Source of the DNA: a virus
Taxonomy: Duplodnaviria > Heunggongvirae > Uroviricota > Caudoviricetes
Strand: one strand, 5' to 3'
IMG/VR virus record: IMGVR_UViG_2695420792_000004
Length of the DNA: 9,766 nucleotides
The translations under genes and the position numbers were made by a program. Positions 1 through 7,114 of the stretch are shown one piece after another. A model generated the notes under the pieces. It was not told where the DNA came from, searched no databases, and was given only the letters and a program-made list of their open reading frames with translations. Positions within the stretch are counted from its first letter, which is position 1; each line of letters starts with the position of its first letter.

Positions 1-1074
1 TCATTTGTCGATTTCAATTTTGTCCCATTCCCGTCCACGGCTGTCCCTATACCGCGCCGCCATTGAATCTGATTTATGCCCGAGAAGACGTTGAGCAAAC
101 TTATCGCCAATCTGGTTCCGGTATAGCCTCGCTGACAGGCTACGCAGTTCATGGAATGTTGGCGGGTTTCCATCAAATGAGAGGCCAGATGCATTTCTCG
201 CCTTTGTAAAATACTTTGATACTGTTTTCGGGGAAAGCGGATCGTGATGCTTTGATGCGATTATAGTTTCACTGCTGCTGGCCTCCCTGCATTTCTGTAG
301 TGTATCAGCCAATGAGATATTGAGCGCGTCAATCGTTAGCGTTAGCGGAATGGCGAGTTTAGCCCCTGTTTTACTCTGTTTAATGTGAAGATGGTTGTCG
401 TTTATGTCTGACCATTTCATTCTGCACAAATCGCCGACTCTCTGCCCTGTAACGACGGCCAAATCCATCGCCAGCCTTAGCCAGATAGGGAGAGGTTCGG
501 CTGCATGGTAAATCTCGACATACTCATTAGCTGTCAGCCTTGAGCGCCTTACTTCTGACTTTGCTGTACGGGTTGCTGTTACCGGATTCGTTGCCACATG
601 CCCCTCGGCTATTGCTTCACGAAAAACGTCAACAAGGGTTGACCTGATTAATTTTGCGGAAGCTGCTTTACCTTCTGCTACGTAGGTGTTTAGCATTGCT
701 GCCACTTCTTTCGTTGATATGTCAGTGAGCGGTTTGTCCGGCAATTTTCTTCGGATTGCCCTGATTTTGCTGGCGTAGTCGAGTAGAGTTTTCGGCCTGA
801 TCCCCCTTTCGGTGAGGATTGTTTCATATCGGTCAAGCCACACATGAAGAGTGATTGCGTCACCGCCTTTAATTCTGTCTATCAGTGATTTGCGTCCGCT
901 GTCTGAGAGTAACTCAATATTGGCCTGTATTGCTTCAGTGATTGCTATCCTCCTGTCTCGGCCTAATCCAAACTCTTTACCCGTCCTTGGGTCCCTGTAG
1001 CAGTAATATCCATTGTTTCTTATATAAAGGTTAGGGGGTAAATCCCGGCGCTCATGACTTCGCCTTCTTCCCAT
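1..1074 (-). CDS. int: Tyrosine site-specific integrase, lambda Int type (357 aa); stop codon at 1-3, so attP lies outside the window
   Basis: Translation MGRRRSHERRDLPPNLYIRNNGYYCYRDPRTGKEFGLGRDRR...HELRSLSARLY...GREWDKIEIDK matches lambda Int along its length as I recall it, including the C-terminal catalytic region. Start overlaps the 3' end of xis as in lambda. Confidence 0.96.
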   Translation of the reverse strand: MGRRRSHERRDLPPNLYIRNNGYYCYRDPRTGKEFGLGRDRRIAITEAIQANIELLSDSGRKSLIDRIKGGDAITLHVWLDRYETILTERGIRPKTLLDYASKIRAIRRKLPDKPLTDISTKEVAAMLNTYVAEGKAASAKLIRSTLVDVFREAIAEGHVATNPVTATRTAKSEVRRSRLTANEYVEIYHAAEPLPIWLRLAMDLAVVTGQRVGDLCRMKWSDINDNHLHIKQSKTGAKLAIPLTLTIDALNISLADTLQKCREASSSETIIASKHHDPLSPKTVSKYFTKARNASGLSFDGNPPTFHELRSLSARLYRNQIGDKFAQRLLGHKSDSMAARYRDSRGREWDKIEIDK

Positions 1075-1270
1075 TTCTGATCCTCTTCAAAAGGCTACCT
1101 GTTACTGGTCGATTTAAGTCAACCTTTACCGCTGATTCGTGGAACAGATACTCTCTTCCATCCTTAACCGGAGGAGGGAATATCCTGCACTCGCGTACCC
1201 ATCGACGAACTGTTTCAAGGCTTCTTGGGCGTCGCTGGCGTGCGTTCCACTCCTGAAGTGTCAAGTACAT
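1052..1270 (-). CDS. xis: Excisionase Xis (72 aa)
   Basis: MYLTLQEWNARQRRPRSLETVRRWVRECRIFPPPVKDGREYLFHESAVKVDLNRPVTG.LLKRIRNGKKAKS is essentially lambda Xis; 23-nt overlap with the int start, as in lambda. Confidence 0.95.
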   Translation of the reverse strand: MYLTLQEWNARQRRPRSLETVRRWVRECRIFPPPVKDGREYLFHESAVKVDLNRPVTGSLLKRIRNGKKAKS

Positions 1271-1296
1271 CGCAAAGTCTCCGCAATTACACGCAA

Positions 1297-1317
1297 GAAA
1301 AAACCGCCATCAGGCGG
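1297..1317 (-). terminator. Hairpin plus U-tract on the minus strand, about 27 nt upstream of the xis start; possible intrinsic terminator or attenuator
   Basis: ccgcc(1304-1308)/ggcgg(1313-1317) stem with 4-nt loop; the A6 run at 1298-1303 gives a U6 tract directly after the hairpin on the minus-strand transcript. Confidence 0.35.
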
Positions 1318-1526
1318 CTTGGTGTTCTTTCAGTTCTTCAATTCGAATATTGGTTACGTCTGCATGTGCTATCTGCGCCCATATCATCCAGTGGTCATAG
1401 CAGTCATTGATGTTCTCTGCTTCGATAACTCTGTTGAATGGTTCTCCATTCCATTCACCTGTGACTCGGAAGTGCATTTATCATCTCCATAAAACAAAAC
1501 CCGCCGTAGCGAGTTCAGATAAAAGA

Positions 1527-1546
1527 AATCCTCGTCAGTGCGAGGA
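1527..1546 (-). terminator. 7-bp stem-loop followed on the minus strand by a U-rich run; candidate terminator near the left backbone/cargo junction
   Basis: atcctcg(1527-1533)/cgaggat(1540-1546) perfect inverted repeat with 6-nt loop; the minus-strand transcript continues uucuuuuauc. Confidence 0.3.
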
Positions 1547-1719
1547 TGCTGTTCATTGCTGCTATACACTTTTTTGCTCTCAACGTAAGCGGTAGCTCAT
1601 TCTGTTGGGTTGGTGCAGTTGCTTTTAGGAAATGCTATTTACCCCTTAAACGTCGGCTGAAAGAGCTAAAATCCATGCAAAAAATTTACGCAATTTTGTG
1701 TATTATTGTGCAGTAAGTA

Positions 1720-2322
1720 ATGAGCTATTTTCTGCGCAAAAAATGGATGGTAAATTTGTCCGGGGCAGGAAAAATTTTATGGACGCTAAACATGAAAAAA
1801 GATTCGTATCCTTATTTGATTTGCATGACAGTTTCAGGCCTGATCTTTATTTTCCTTTTCTTCTGGTGGCGGGCAGATATTTACAGGGTCACGTTTCTTA
1901 ATCAGAGTATATCCCACTATTACATTCTGTTTAGCATGGGAATAGCTTTTCTGTTATCTCTGTTTTGGGTTAAGAAGGGGATAGTAAAACAAAGCGGCTG
2001 GAAGAGTCTGTCAGCATACCTTAAGGTTTATGCAGGGATGTGCATATTTGCTGGATTTTTTCTGATTATACCCCTTACAACACTAACTTATTTTTTGCCT
2101 GGAGAGACATCGTCTTATGTTGCACCGTATCGGTATACTTCCGGTAGTTCAAAAAGTTGTTCTGGAGCTGAGGTGGATGACCCCGATCTACATGAGAATA
2201 TTCGCATTTGCTATCCGTATGGCAATTATGAGTACGATAATATTATCTATGTTGAAAAGAAAATTAATACATTAGGTGCGGTAGTAACATATGCACAGAC
2301 CGCGCGTGATGATACTGAATGA
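1720..2322 (+). CDS. Hypothetical integral membrane protein: three hydrophobic helices plus an ~75-aa C-terminal soluble tail (200 aa from first ATG; alternative start at 1795 gives 175 aa)
   Basis: Long + strand ORF, opposite in orientation to all flanking early-left genes. Hydrophobic segments YPYLICMTVSGLIFIFLFFWW, YILFSMGIAFLLSLFWV and VYAGMCIFAGFFLIIPLTTLTYFL. Visibly AT-rich; followed by a hairpin terminator at 2357-2380. No family recognised by eye. Confidence 0.55.
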   Translation: MSYFLRKKWMVNLSGAGKILWTLNMKKDSYPYLICMTVSGLIFIFLFFWWRADIYRVTFLNQSISHYYILFSMGIAFLLSLFWVKKGIVKQSGWKSLSAYLKVYAGMCIFAGFFLIIPLTTLTYFLPGETSSYVAPYRYTSGSSKSCSGAEVDDPDLHENIRICYPYGNYEYDNIIYVEKKINTLGAVVTYAQTARDDTE

Positions 2323-2356
2323 GATAGTATATAGCGGGCAAGTTTTAGTTAATTTA

Positions 2357-2380
2357 TCGAGGTAATATAATTTACCTCGA
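2357..2380 (+). terminator. Intrinsic-terminator-like hairpin between the convergent membrane-protein gene and the TraR-like gene
   Basis: tcgaggtaa(2357-2365)/ttacctcga(2372-2380) perfect 9-bp stem with 6-nt loop, followed on the + strand by cucguuuauucu. Confidence 0.5.
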
Positions 2381-2532
2381 CTCGTTTATTCTGGTATTAA
2401 TATTTCGCTTTACGATCGATTTTTATCTGATGATATCATGCGGTTTTCATATACTGACTTACTGTCTTTTCTCCGTTAGCGATTTTCTCCTGCTCAGCGA
2501 TGATTTTATCTTTGGCTTCTAGTTAATTTCGC

Positions 2533-2754
2533 TCACTTCGAACCTCTCTGTTTACTGATAAGTTCCAGATCCTCCTGGCAACTTGCACAAGTCCGACAAC
2601 CCTGAACGGCCAGGCGTCTTCGCTCATCTATGGGATCGCCACACTCACAACAATGAGTGGCAGATATAGCCTGGTGGTTCAGGCGGCGCATTTTTATTGC
2701 TGTGTTGCGCTGTAATTCTTCAATTTCTGATGCTGAATCAATGATGTCTGCCAT
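2533..2754 (-). CDS. TraR/DksA-family C4 zinc-finger protein (73 aa)
   Basis: MADIIDSASEIEELQRNTAIKMRRLNHQAISATHCCECGDPIDERRRLAVQGCRTCASCQEDLELISKQRGSK. The CxxC-(17)-CxxC spacing and size are typical of TraR-like proteins that bind the RNA polymerase secondary channel. Confidence 0.8.
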   Translation of the reverse strand: MADIIDSASEIEELQRNTAIKMRRLNHQAISATHCCECGDPIDERRRLAVQGCRTCASCQEDLELISKQRGSK

Positions 2755-2808
2755 CTTCCATTAATCCCTGAATTGTTGGTTAATACGCTTGAGGGTGAAT
2801 GCGAACAA

Positions 2809-2831
2809 TAAAAAAGGAGCCTGTAGCTCCC
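2809..2831 (-). terminator. Intrinsic terminator on the leftward (pL-direction) transcript, between the 2853-3134 ORF and the TraR-like gene
   Basis: Minus-strand RNA reads GGAGCuacagGCUCC followed by UUUUUUAUU: 5-bp GC-rich stem at 2817-2831, T-tract from the A6 run at 2811-2816. Confidence 0.55.
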
Positions 2832-2852
2832 TGATGATTTTGCTTTTCATGC

Positions 2853-3134
2853 TCACCGTTCCTTAAAGACGCCGTTTAACATGCCGATCGCCAGGCTTAA
2901 ATGAGTCGGTGTGAATCCCATCAGCGTTACCGTTTCGCGGTGCTTCTTCAGTACGCTACGGCAAATGTCATCGACGTTTTTATCCGGAAACTGCTGTCTG
3001 GCTTTTTTGATTTCAGAATTAGCCTGACGGGCAATGCTGCGAAGGGCGTTTTCTTGCTGAGGTGTCACTGAACAAGCCCCATGTCGGCAAGCATAAGCAC
3101 ACAGAATATGAAGCCCGCTGCCAGAAAAATGCAT
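2853..3134 (-). CDS. Hypothetical small protein of the lambda b region; start uncertain (ATG at 3134 gives 93 aa, GTG at 3068 gives 71 aa)
   Basis: ORF ...VTPQQENALRSIARQANSEIKKARQQFPDKNVDDICRSVLKKHRETVTLMGFTPTHLSLAIGMLNGVFKER. Lies in the cluster of small ORFs between exo and the TraR-like gene. See finding on start and frame ambiguity. Confidence 0.45.
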   Translation of the reverse strand: MHFSGSGLHILCAYACRHGACSVTPQQENALRSIARQANSEIKKARQQFPDKNVDDICRSVLKKHRETVTLMGFTPTHLSLAIGMLNGVFKER

Positions 3135-3144
3135 TCAGTGGTTG

Positions 3145-3336
3145 TCATACCTGGTCTCTCTCATCTGCTTCTGCTTTCGCCACCATCATTTCCAGCTTTT
3201 GTGAAAGGGATGTGGCTAACGTATGAAATTCTTCGTCTGTTTCTACTGGTATTGGCACAAACCTGACTCCAATTTGAGCAAGGCTATGTGCCATCTCAAT
3301 GCTCGTTCTTAACTCAACAGGAGATGCTTTGTGCAT
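3145..3336 (-). CDS. Small b-region protein, lambda orf63-like (63 aa)
   Basis: [63 protein letters not shown]. Its size (192 nt) and 28-nt overlap with the upstream ORF reproduce the lambda orf63/orf60a arrangement as I recall it. Confidence 0.7.
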   Translation of the reverse strand: MHKASPVELRTSIEMAHSLAQIGVRFVPIPVETDEEFHTLATSLSQKLEMMVAKAEADERDQV

Positions 3337-3491
3337 ACAGCCCCTCGTTTATTATTTATCTCCTCAGCCAGCCGCTGGGCTTTCAGTGGATTTTGGATAA
3401 CAGAAAGGTCGGGAAATACCCAGCCTCGCTTTGTAACGGAGTAGACGAAAGTGATCGCACCTACCCGGATATTATCGTGAGGATGCTTCAT
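3309..3491 (-). CDS. Small b-region protein, lambda orf60a-like (60 aa from the ATG at 3491; the ORF track extends 2 codons to 3497)
   Basis: [60 protein letters not shown]. The ATG at 3491-3489 overlaps the exo stop (ATGA), consistent with translational coupling. Confidence 0.6.
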   Translation of the reverse strand: MKHPHDNIRVGAITFVYSVTKRGWVFPDLSVIQNPLKAQRLAEEINNKRGAVCTKHLLLS

Positions 3492-4168
3492 CGCCATTGC
3501 TCCCCAAATACAAAACCAATTTCAGCCAGTGCCTCGTCCATTTTTTCGATGAACTCCGGCACCATCTCGTCAAAACCCGCCATGTACTTTTCATCCCGCT
3601 CAACCACGACATAATGCAGTCCTTCACGCTTCATACGCGGGTCATAGTTGGCAAAGTACCAGGCATCTTTTCGCGTCACCCACATGCTGTACTGCACCTG
3701 GGTCATGTAAGCTGACTTTATGGCCTCGAAACCACCGAGCCGGAACTTCATGAAATCCCGGGAGGTAAACGGGCATTTCAGTTCAAGGCCGTTGCCGTCA
3801 CTGCATAAACCATCTGGAGAGCAGGCGGTACGCATACTTTCGTCGCGATAGATGATCGGTGATTCAGTAACATTCACGCCGGAAGTGAACTCAAACAGGG
3901 CTCTGGCGTCGTTCTCGTACTGTTTTCCCCAGGCCAGCGCTTTAGCGTTAACTTCCGGAGCCACACCGGTGCAAACCTCAGCAAGCAGGGTGTGGAAGTA
4001 GGACATTTTCATGTCAGGCCACTTTTTTCCGGAGCGGGGTTTTGCTATTACGTTATGAACTTCTGAAGCTGTGATGACGCCGAGCCGTAATTTGTGCCAC
4101 GCATCATCCCCCTGTTCGACAGCTCTCACGTCGATCCCGGTACGCTGCAGGATAATGTCCGGTGTCAT
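3488..4168 (-). CDS. exo: Lambda exonuclease (Red-alpha), 226 aa
   Basis: [69 protein letters not shown]...GFVFGEQWR is near-identical to lambda Exo as recalled. ATGA overlap with the bet stop. Confidence 0.97.
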   Translation of the reverse strand: MTPDIILQRTGIDVRAVEQGDDAWHKLRLGVITASEVHNVIAKPRSGKKWPDMKMSYFHTLLAEVCTGVAPEVNAKALAWGKQYENDARALFEFTSGVNVTESPIIYRDESMRTACSPDGLCSDGNGLELKCPFTSRDFMKFRLGGFEAIKSAYMTQVQYSMWVTRKDAWYFANYDPRMKREGLHYVVVERDEKYMAGFDEMVPEFIEKMDEALAEIGFVFGEQWR

Positions 4169-4950
4169 GCTGCCACCTTCTGCTCAGTGGCTTTCTGTTT
4201 CAGGAATCCAAGAGCTTTCACTGCTTCGGCCTGTGTCAGTTCTGACGATGCGCGAATGTCGCGGCGAAATATCTGGGAACAGAGCGGCAATAAGTCGTCA
4301 TCCCATGTTTTATCCAGGGCGATTAGCAGAGTGTTAATCTCCTGCATGGTTTCATCGTTAACCGGAGTGATGTCGCGTTCCGGCTGGCGTTCTGCAGTGT
4401 ATGCAGTATTTTCGACAATGCGCTCGGCTTCATCCTTGTCATAGATACCAGCAAATCCGAAGGCCAGACGGGCACACTGAATCATAGCTTTATGCCGTAA
4501 CATCCGTTTAGGATGCGACTGCCACGGCCCCGTGATTTCTCTGCCTTCGCGGGTTTTGAATGGTTCGCGGCGGCATTCATCCATCCATTCGGTAACGCAG
4601 ATCGGATGATTACGGTCCTTGCGGTAAATCCGGCATGTACAGGATTCATTGTCCTGCTCAAAGTCCATGCCATCAAACTGCTGGTTTTCATTGATGATGC
4701 GGGACCAGCCATCAACGCCCACCACCGGAACGATGCCGTTCTGCTTATCAGGGAAGGCGTAAATTTCTTTCGTCCACGGATTAAGGCCGTACTGGTTGGC
4801 GACGATCAACAATGCGATGAACTGCGCATCGCTGGCATCGCCTTTAAATGCCGTCTGGCGAAGAGTGGTGATCAGTTCCTGTGGGTCGACAGAATCCATG
4901 CCGACACGTTCAGCCAGCTTCCCTGCCAGCGTTGCGAGTGCTGTACTCAT
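4165..4950 (-). CDS. bet: Red-beta single-strand annealing protein, 261 aa
   Basis: [68 protein letters not shown]...KATEQKVAA is lambda Bet. Confidence 0.97.
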   Translation of the reverse strand: MSTALATLAGKLAERVGMDSVDPQELITTLRQTAFKGDASDAQFIALLIVANQYGLNPWTKEIYAFPDKQNGIVPVVGVDGWSRIINENQQFDGMDFEQDNESCTCRIYRKDRNHPICVTEWMDECRREPFKTREGREITGPWQSHPKRMLRHKAMIQCARLAFGFAGIYDKDEAERIVENTAYTAERQPERDITPVNDETMQEINTLLIALDKTWDDDLLPLCSQIFRRDIRASSELTQAEAVKALGFLKQKATEQKVAA

Positions 4951-4955
4951 CCGTT

Positions 4956-5372
4956 TTATACCTCTGAATCAATATCAACCTGATGGTGAGCAATGGTTTC
5001 AACCATGTACCGGATGTGTTCTGCCATGCGCTCCTGAAACTCAACATCGTCATCAAACGCACGGGTAATGGCTTTTTTGCTGGCCCCGTGGCGTTGCAAA
5101 TGACCGATGCATAGCGATTCAAACAGGTGCTGGGGCAGGCCTTTTTCCATGTCGTCTGCCAGTTCTGCCTCTTTCTCTTCACGGGCTATCTGCTGGTAGT
5201 GACGCGCCCAGCTCTGAGCCTCAAGACGATCCTGAATGTAATAAGCGTTCATGGCCGAACTCCTGAAATAGCTGTGAAAATATCGCCCGCGAAATGCCGG
5301 GCTGATTAGGAAAACAGGAAAGGGGGTTAGTGAATGCTTTTGCTTGATCTCAGTTTCAGTATTAATATCCAT
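4956..5372 (-). CDS. gam: Gam, RecBCD inhibitor (138-aa long form; internal Met gives the 98-aa short form)
   Basis: [79 protein letters not shown]...VDIDSEV is lambda Gam. Confidence 0.95.
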   Translation of the reverse strand: MDINTETEIKQKHSLTPFPVFLISPAFRGRYFHSYFRSSAMNAYYIQDRLEAQSWARHYQQIAREEKEAELADDMEKGLPQHLFESLCIGHLQRHGASKKAITRAFDDDVEFQERMAEHIRYMVETIAHHQVDIDSEV

Positions 5373-5470
5373 TTTTTATAAGCGTCGACGGCCTCACGAA
5401 ACATCTTTTCATCGCCAATAAAAGTGGCGATAGTGAATTTAGTCTGGATAGCCATAATTGTTTGATCCAT
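5327..5470 (-). CDS. kil: Kil host-killing (FtsZ-targeting) protein, 47 aa
   Basis: Internal start of the 89-aa track ORF: [47 protein letters not shown]. Overlaps gam by 46 nt and cIII at the other end, as in lambda. Confidence 0.85.
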   Translation of the reverse strand: MDQTIMAIQTKFTIATFIGDEKMFREAVDAYKKWILILKLRSSKSIH

Positions 5471-5603
5471 TTTTTGGGACTCCTGGCTGATTAAGTATGT
5501 CGATAAGGCGTTTCCATCCGTCACGTAATTTACGGGTGATTCGTTCAAGTAAAGATTCGGAAGGGCAGCCAGCAACAGGCCACCCTGCAATGGCATATTG
5601 CAT
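5439..5603 (-). CDS. cIII: cIII, FtsH/HflB inhibitor, 54 aa (below the ORF-track size cutoff; found by manual translation)
   Basis: Minus-strand translation from the ATG at 5603: [54 protein letters not shown], stop TAA at 5441-5439. Matches lambda CIII as recalled. Confidence 0.9.
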   Translation of the reverse strand: MQYAIAGWPVAGCPSESLLERITRKLRDGWKRLIDILNQPGVPKNGSNNYGYPD

Positions 5604-5675
5604 GGTGTGCTCCTTATTTATACATAACGAAAAACGCCTCGAGTGAAGCGTAATTGGTATGCGGTAACGCCGCGC

Positions 5676-6044
5676 TCAGGCGGCCTTGATAGTCATATCA
5701 TCTGAATCAAATATTCCTGATGTATCGATATCGGTAATTCTTATTCCTTCACTACCATCCATTGGAGGCCATCCTTCCTGACCATTTCCATCATTCCAGT
5801 CGAACTCACACACAACACCATATGCATTTAAGTCGCTTGAAATTGCTATAAGCAGAGCATGTTGCGCCAGCATGATTAATACAGCATTTAATACAGAGCC
5901 GTGTTTATTGAGTCGGTATTCAGAGTCTGACCAGAAATTATTAATCTGGTGAAGTTTTTCCTCTGTCATTACGTCATGGTCGATTTCAATTTCTATTGAT
6001 GCTTTCCAGTCGTAATCAATGATGTATTTTTTGATGTTTGACAT
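5676..6044 (-). CDS. ea10: Ea10 (lambda early protein, ssDNA-binding), 122 aa
   Basis: MSNIKKYIIDYDWKASIEIEIDHDVMTEEKLHQINNFWSDSEYRLNKHGSVLNAVLIMLAQHALLIAISSDLNAYGVVCEFDWNDGNGQEGWPPMDGSEGIRITDIDTSGIFDSDDMTIKAA matches lambda Ea10 as recalled. Confidence 0.85.
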   Translation of the reverse strand: MSNIKKYIIDYDWKASIEIEIDHDVMTEEKLHQINNFWSDSEYRLNKHGSVLNAVLIMLAQHALLIAISSDLNAYGVVCEFDWNDGNGQEGWPPMDGSEGIRITDIDTSGIFDSDDMTIKAA

Positions 6045-6062
6045 CTGTTCATATCCTCACAG

Positions 6063-6090
6063 ATAAAAAATCGCCCTCATCTTGGAGGGC
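6063..6090 (-). terminator. Intrinsic terminator in the pL operon, between the 293-aa cargo gene and ea10
   Basis: Minus-strand RNA reads GCCCUCcaagauGAGGGC followed by GAUUUUUUAUCUG: 6-bp GC stem at 6073-6078/6085-6090, U-tract from the A-run at 6063-6070. Confidence 0.6.
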
Positions 6091-6232
6091 AAAGAAGATT
6101 TCCAATAATCAGAACAAGTCGGCTCCTGTTTAGTTACGAGCGACATTGCTCCGTGTATTCACTCGTTGGAATGAATACACAGCGCTGTGTTTATTCTGTT
6201 GTTTGCGTGAAAATGAAATCCGCCTGAGCGGG

Positions 6233-7114
6233 TTATGACCACTTTTTGTTTGGGTTTCGTTGGTGAGCGTGGTTTACAGGATTATTTGATATACCCCATA
6301 ACTCTGACTCGCTTATCTCTACACGAGAGAAAGACCTGCTTTCTTTCAGTTCTTTTATAAACCTAGAACCTAAGATGACATCTATTGTACCAGAAAGTTC
6401 TTGTAAAAGATCTATGTTTTTTCTGAGGAAGAAAATATCTTCTTTATATTTAATTTTTACATAGAATTTATTCTGTATTTTTAATATATCAAAGCATGGC
6501 AGATATCTATATCCCTCATATTTTCGCCACTGCTTAACAATTATAACATCTTTTTCATTTACTGCATTAATCAGCCCAAGACCAAGTACAGGTATGAATA
6601 TTCTATTGTCTGCCGAAAGCGTACAATTATCACCACCAGGCAAATATGTATAAATCATGTCGGAATTTTTATACGCATCAACGAATGCACGTAAGAAGCG
6701 TACATATTTTTGCCATCCGTTTATACCGAATTTACCATATAAGTATTCTTTATTTGTTAGAAGAAAACTATTTGTATCAGGATCCTTATCTACAGACCTG
6801 TCGATAAGATCTCCAACTACGTTTACAAAGTCAAAGACAGAGTTTAATAAGAACAATTGTCTTTCAGTAGGGCGAATTTCAATTATGTAGCCAGGATGAA
6901 GACGATATTGCATCTGCTTACGAAGTATACCGAACGCTTGGGTCCGAGCATCTGAAAGCAACTTCTTGTCGCCATCGCCGTGAGCATTGTTTCTAATAAA
7001 ACTGATATAATTTGCTAATTTTTCAGCCTCTTTTTTGTGTTTTTTTCGCTCTGATGCTGAGTCTATTGGTTTTGGTATGGACTTGTAATCAATCTTCTTC
7101 ATTACGTACCTCAT
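6233..7114 (-). CDS. Hypothetical 293-aa soluble protein of unknown function; cargo gene in the position lambda uses for ral/sieB
   Basis: Uninterrupted 882-nt ORF; ATG at 7114-7112 overlaps the N stop TGA at 7113-7111 (ATGA). Visibly AT-rich relative to flanking genes. Lys-rich N-terminus (KKIDYKSIPKPIDSASERKKHKKEAEK); no hydrophobic helices or signal peptide evident. Hairpin 6220-6231 plus U-rich tract directly after the stop. No family recognised by eye. Confidence 0.75.
   Translation of the reverse strand: MRYVMKKIDYKSIPKPIDSASERKKHKKEAEKLANYISFIRNNAHGDGDKKLLSDARTQAFGILRKQMQYRLHPGYIIEIRPTERQLFLLNSVFDFVNVVGDLIDRSVDKDPDTNSFLLTNKEYLYGKFGINGWQKYVRFLRAFVDAYKNSDMIYTYLPGGDNCTLSADNRIFIPVLGLGLINAVNEKDVIIVKQWRKYEGYRYLPCFDILKIQNKFYVKIKYKEDIFFLRKNIDLLQELSGTIDVILGSRFIKELKESRSFSRVEISESELWGISNNPVNHAHQRNPNKKWS

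Noticed and set aside
1139-1595. Track ORFs 1139-1492(+), 1225-1410(+), 1384-1569(-), 1407-1595(+) between xis and the membrane-protein gene
   Set aside because: They are mutually overlapping, overlap xis or the hairpin structures, lack convincing starts or RBS, and their translations have no protein-like features. The interval is better explained as regulatory or junction sequence.
1685-1707. Possible sigma-70 promoter for the membrane-protein gene (TTTACG ... TATTAT)
   Set aside because: The spacing between the candidate -35 and -10 is only about 10 nt. Only a weak TG-extended -10-like element remains, so it is not reported as a feature.
2761-2850. 29-codon minus-strand ORF (MKSKIIRELQAPFLLFAFTLKRINQQFRD) ending three codons before the TraR-like start
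   Set aside because: It overlaps the terminator hairpin at 2809-2831, and its 'protein' is largely the translation of the stem and U-tract; most likely non-coding.
3065-3148. 27-codon minus-strand ORF (MTTTECIFLAAGFIFCVLMLADMGLVQ) with a hydrophobic helix; ATGA overlap with the orf63-like stop and GTGA overlap with a possible GTG start downstream
   Set aside because: It lies entirely within, and out of frame with, the 2853-3134 ORF region. Hydrophobic runs arise easily in alternative frames, and there is no independent RBS or conservation evidence. Not called as a gene.
4071-5309. Plus-strand track ORFs inside exo, bet and gam (4071-4337, 4094-4444, 4513-4983, 4796-5068, 5127-5309) and minus-strand 4482-4715, 4910-5182
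   Set aside because: Antisense or alternative-frame ORFs lying within confidently identified Red-module genes; GC-rich coding sequence commonly gives such shadow ORFs.
6091-6180. 29-codon minus-strand ORF (MSLVTKQEPTCSDYWKSSLPSKMRAIFYL) in the ea10-upstream gap, reminiscent of the small lambda orf28
   Set aside because: The ATG is only 2 nt from a GGAG and the ORF ends inside the terminator hairpin; too short and unsupported to call.
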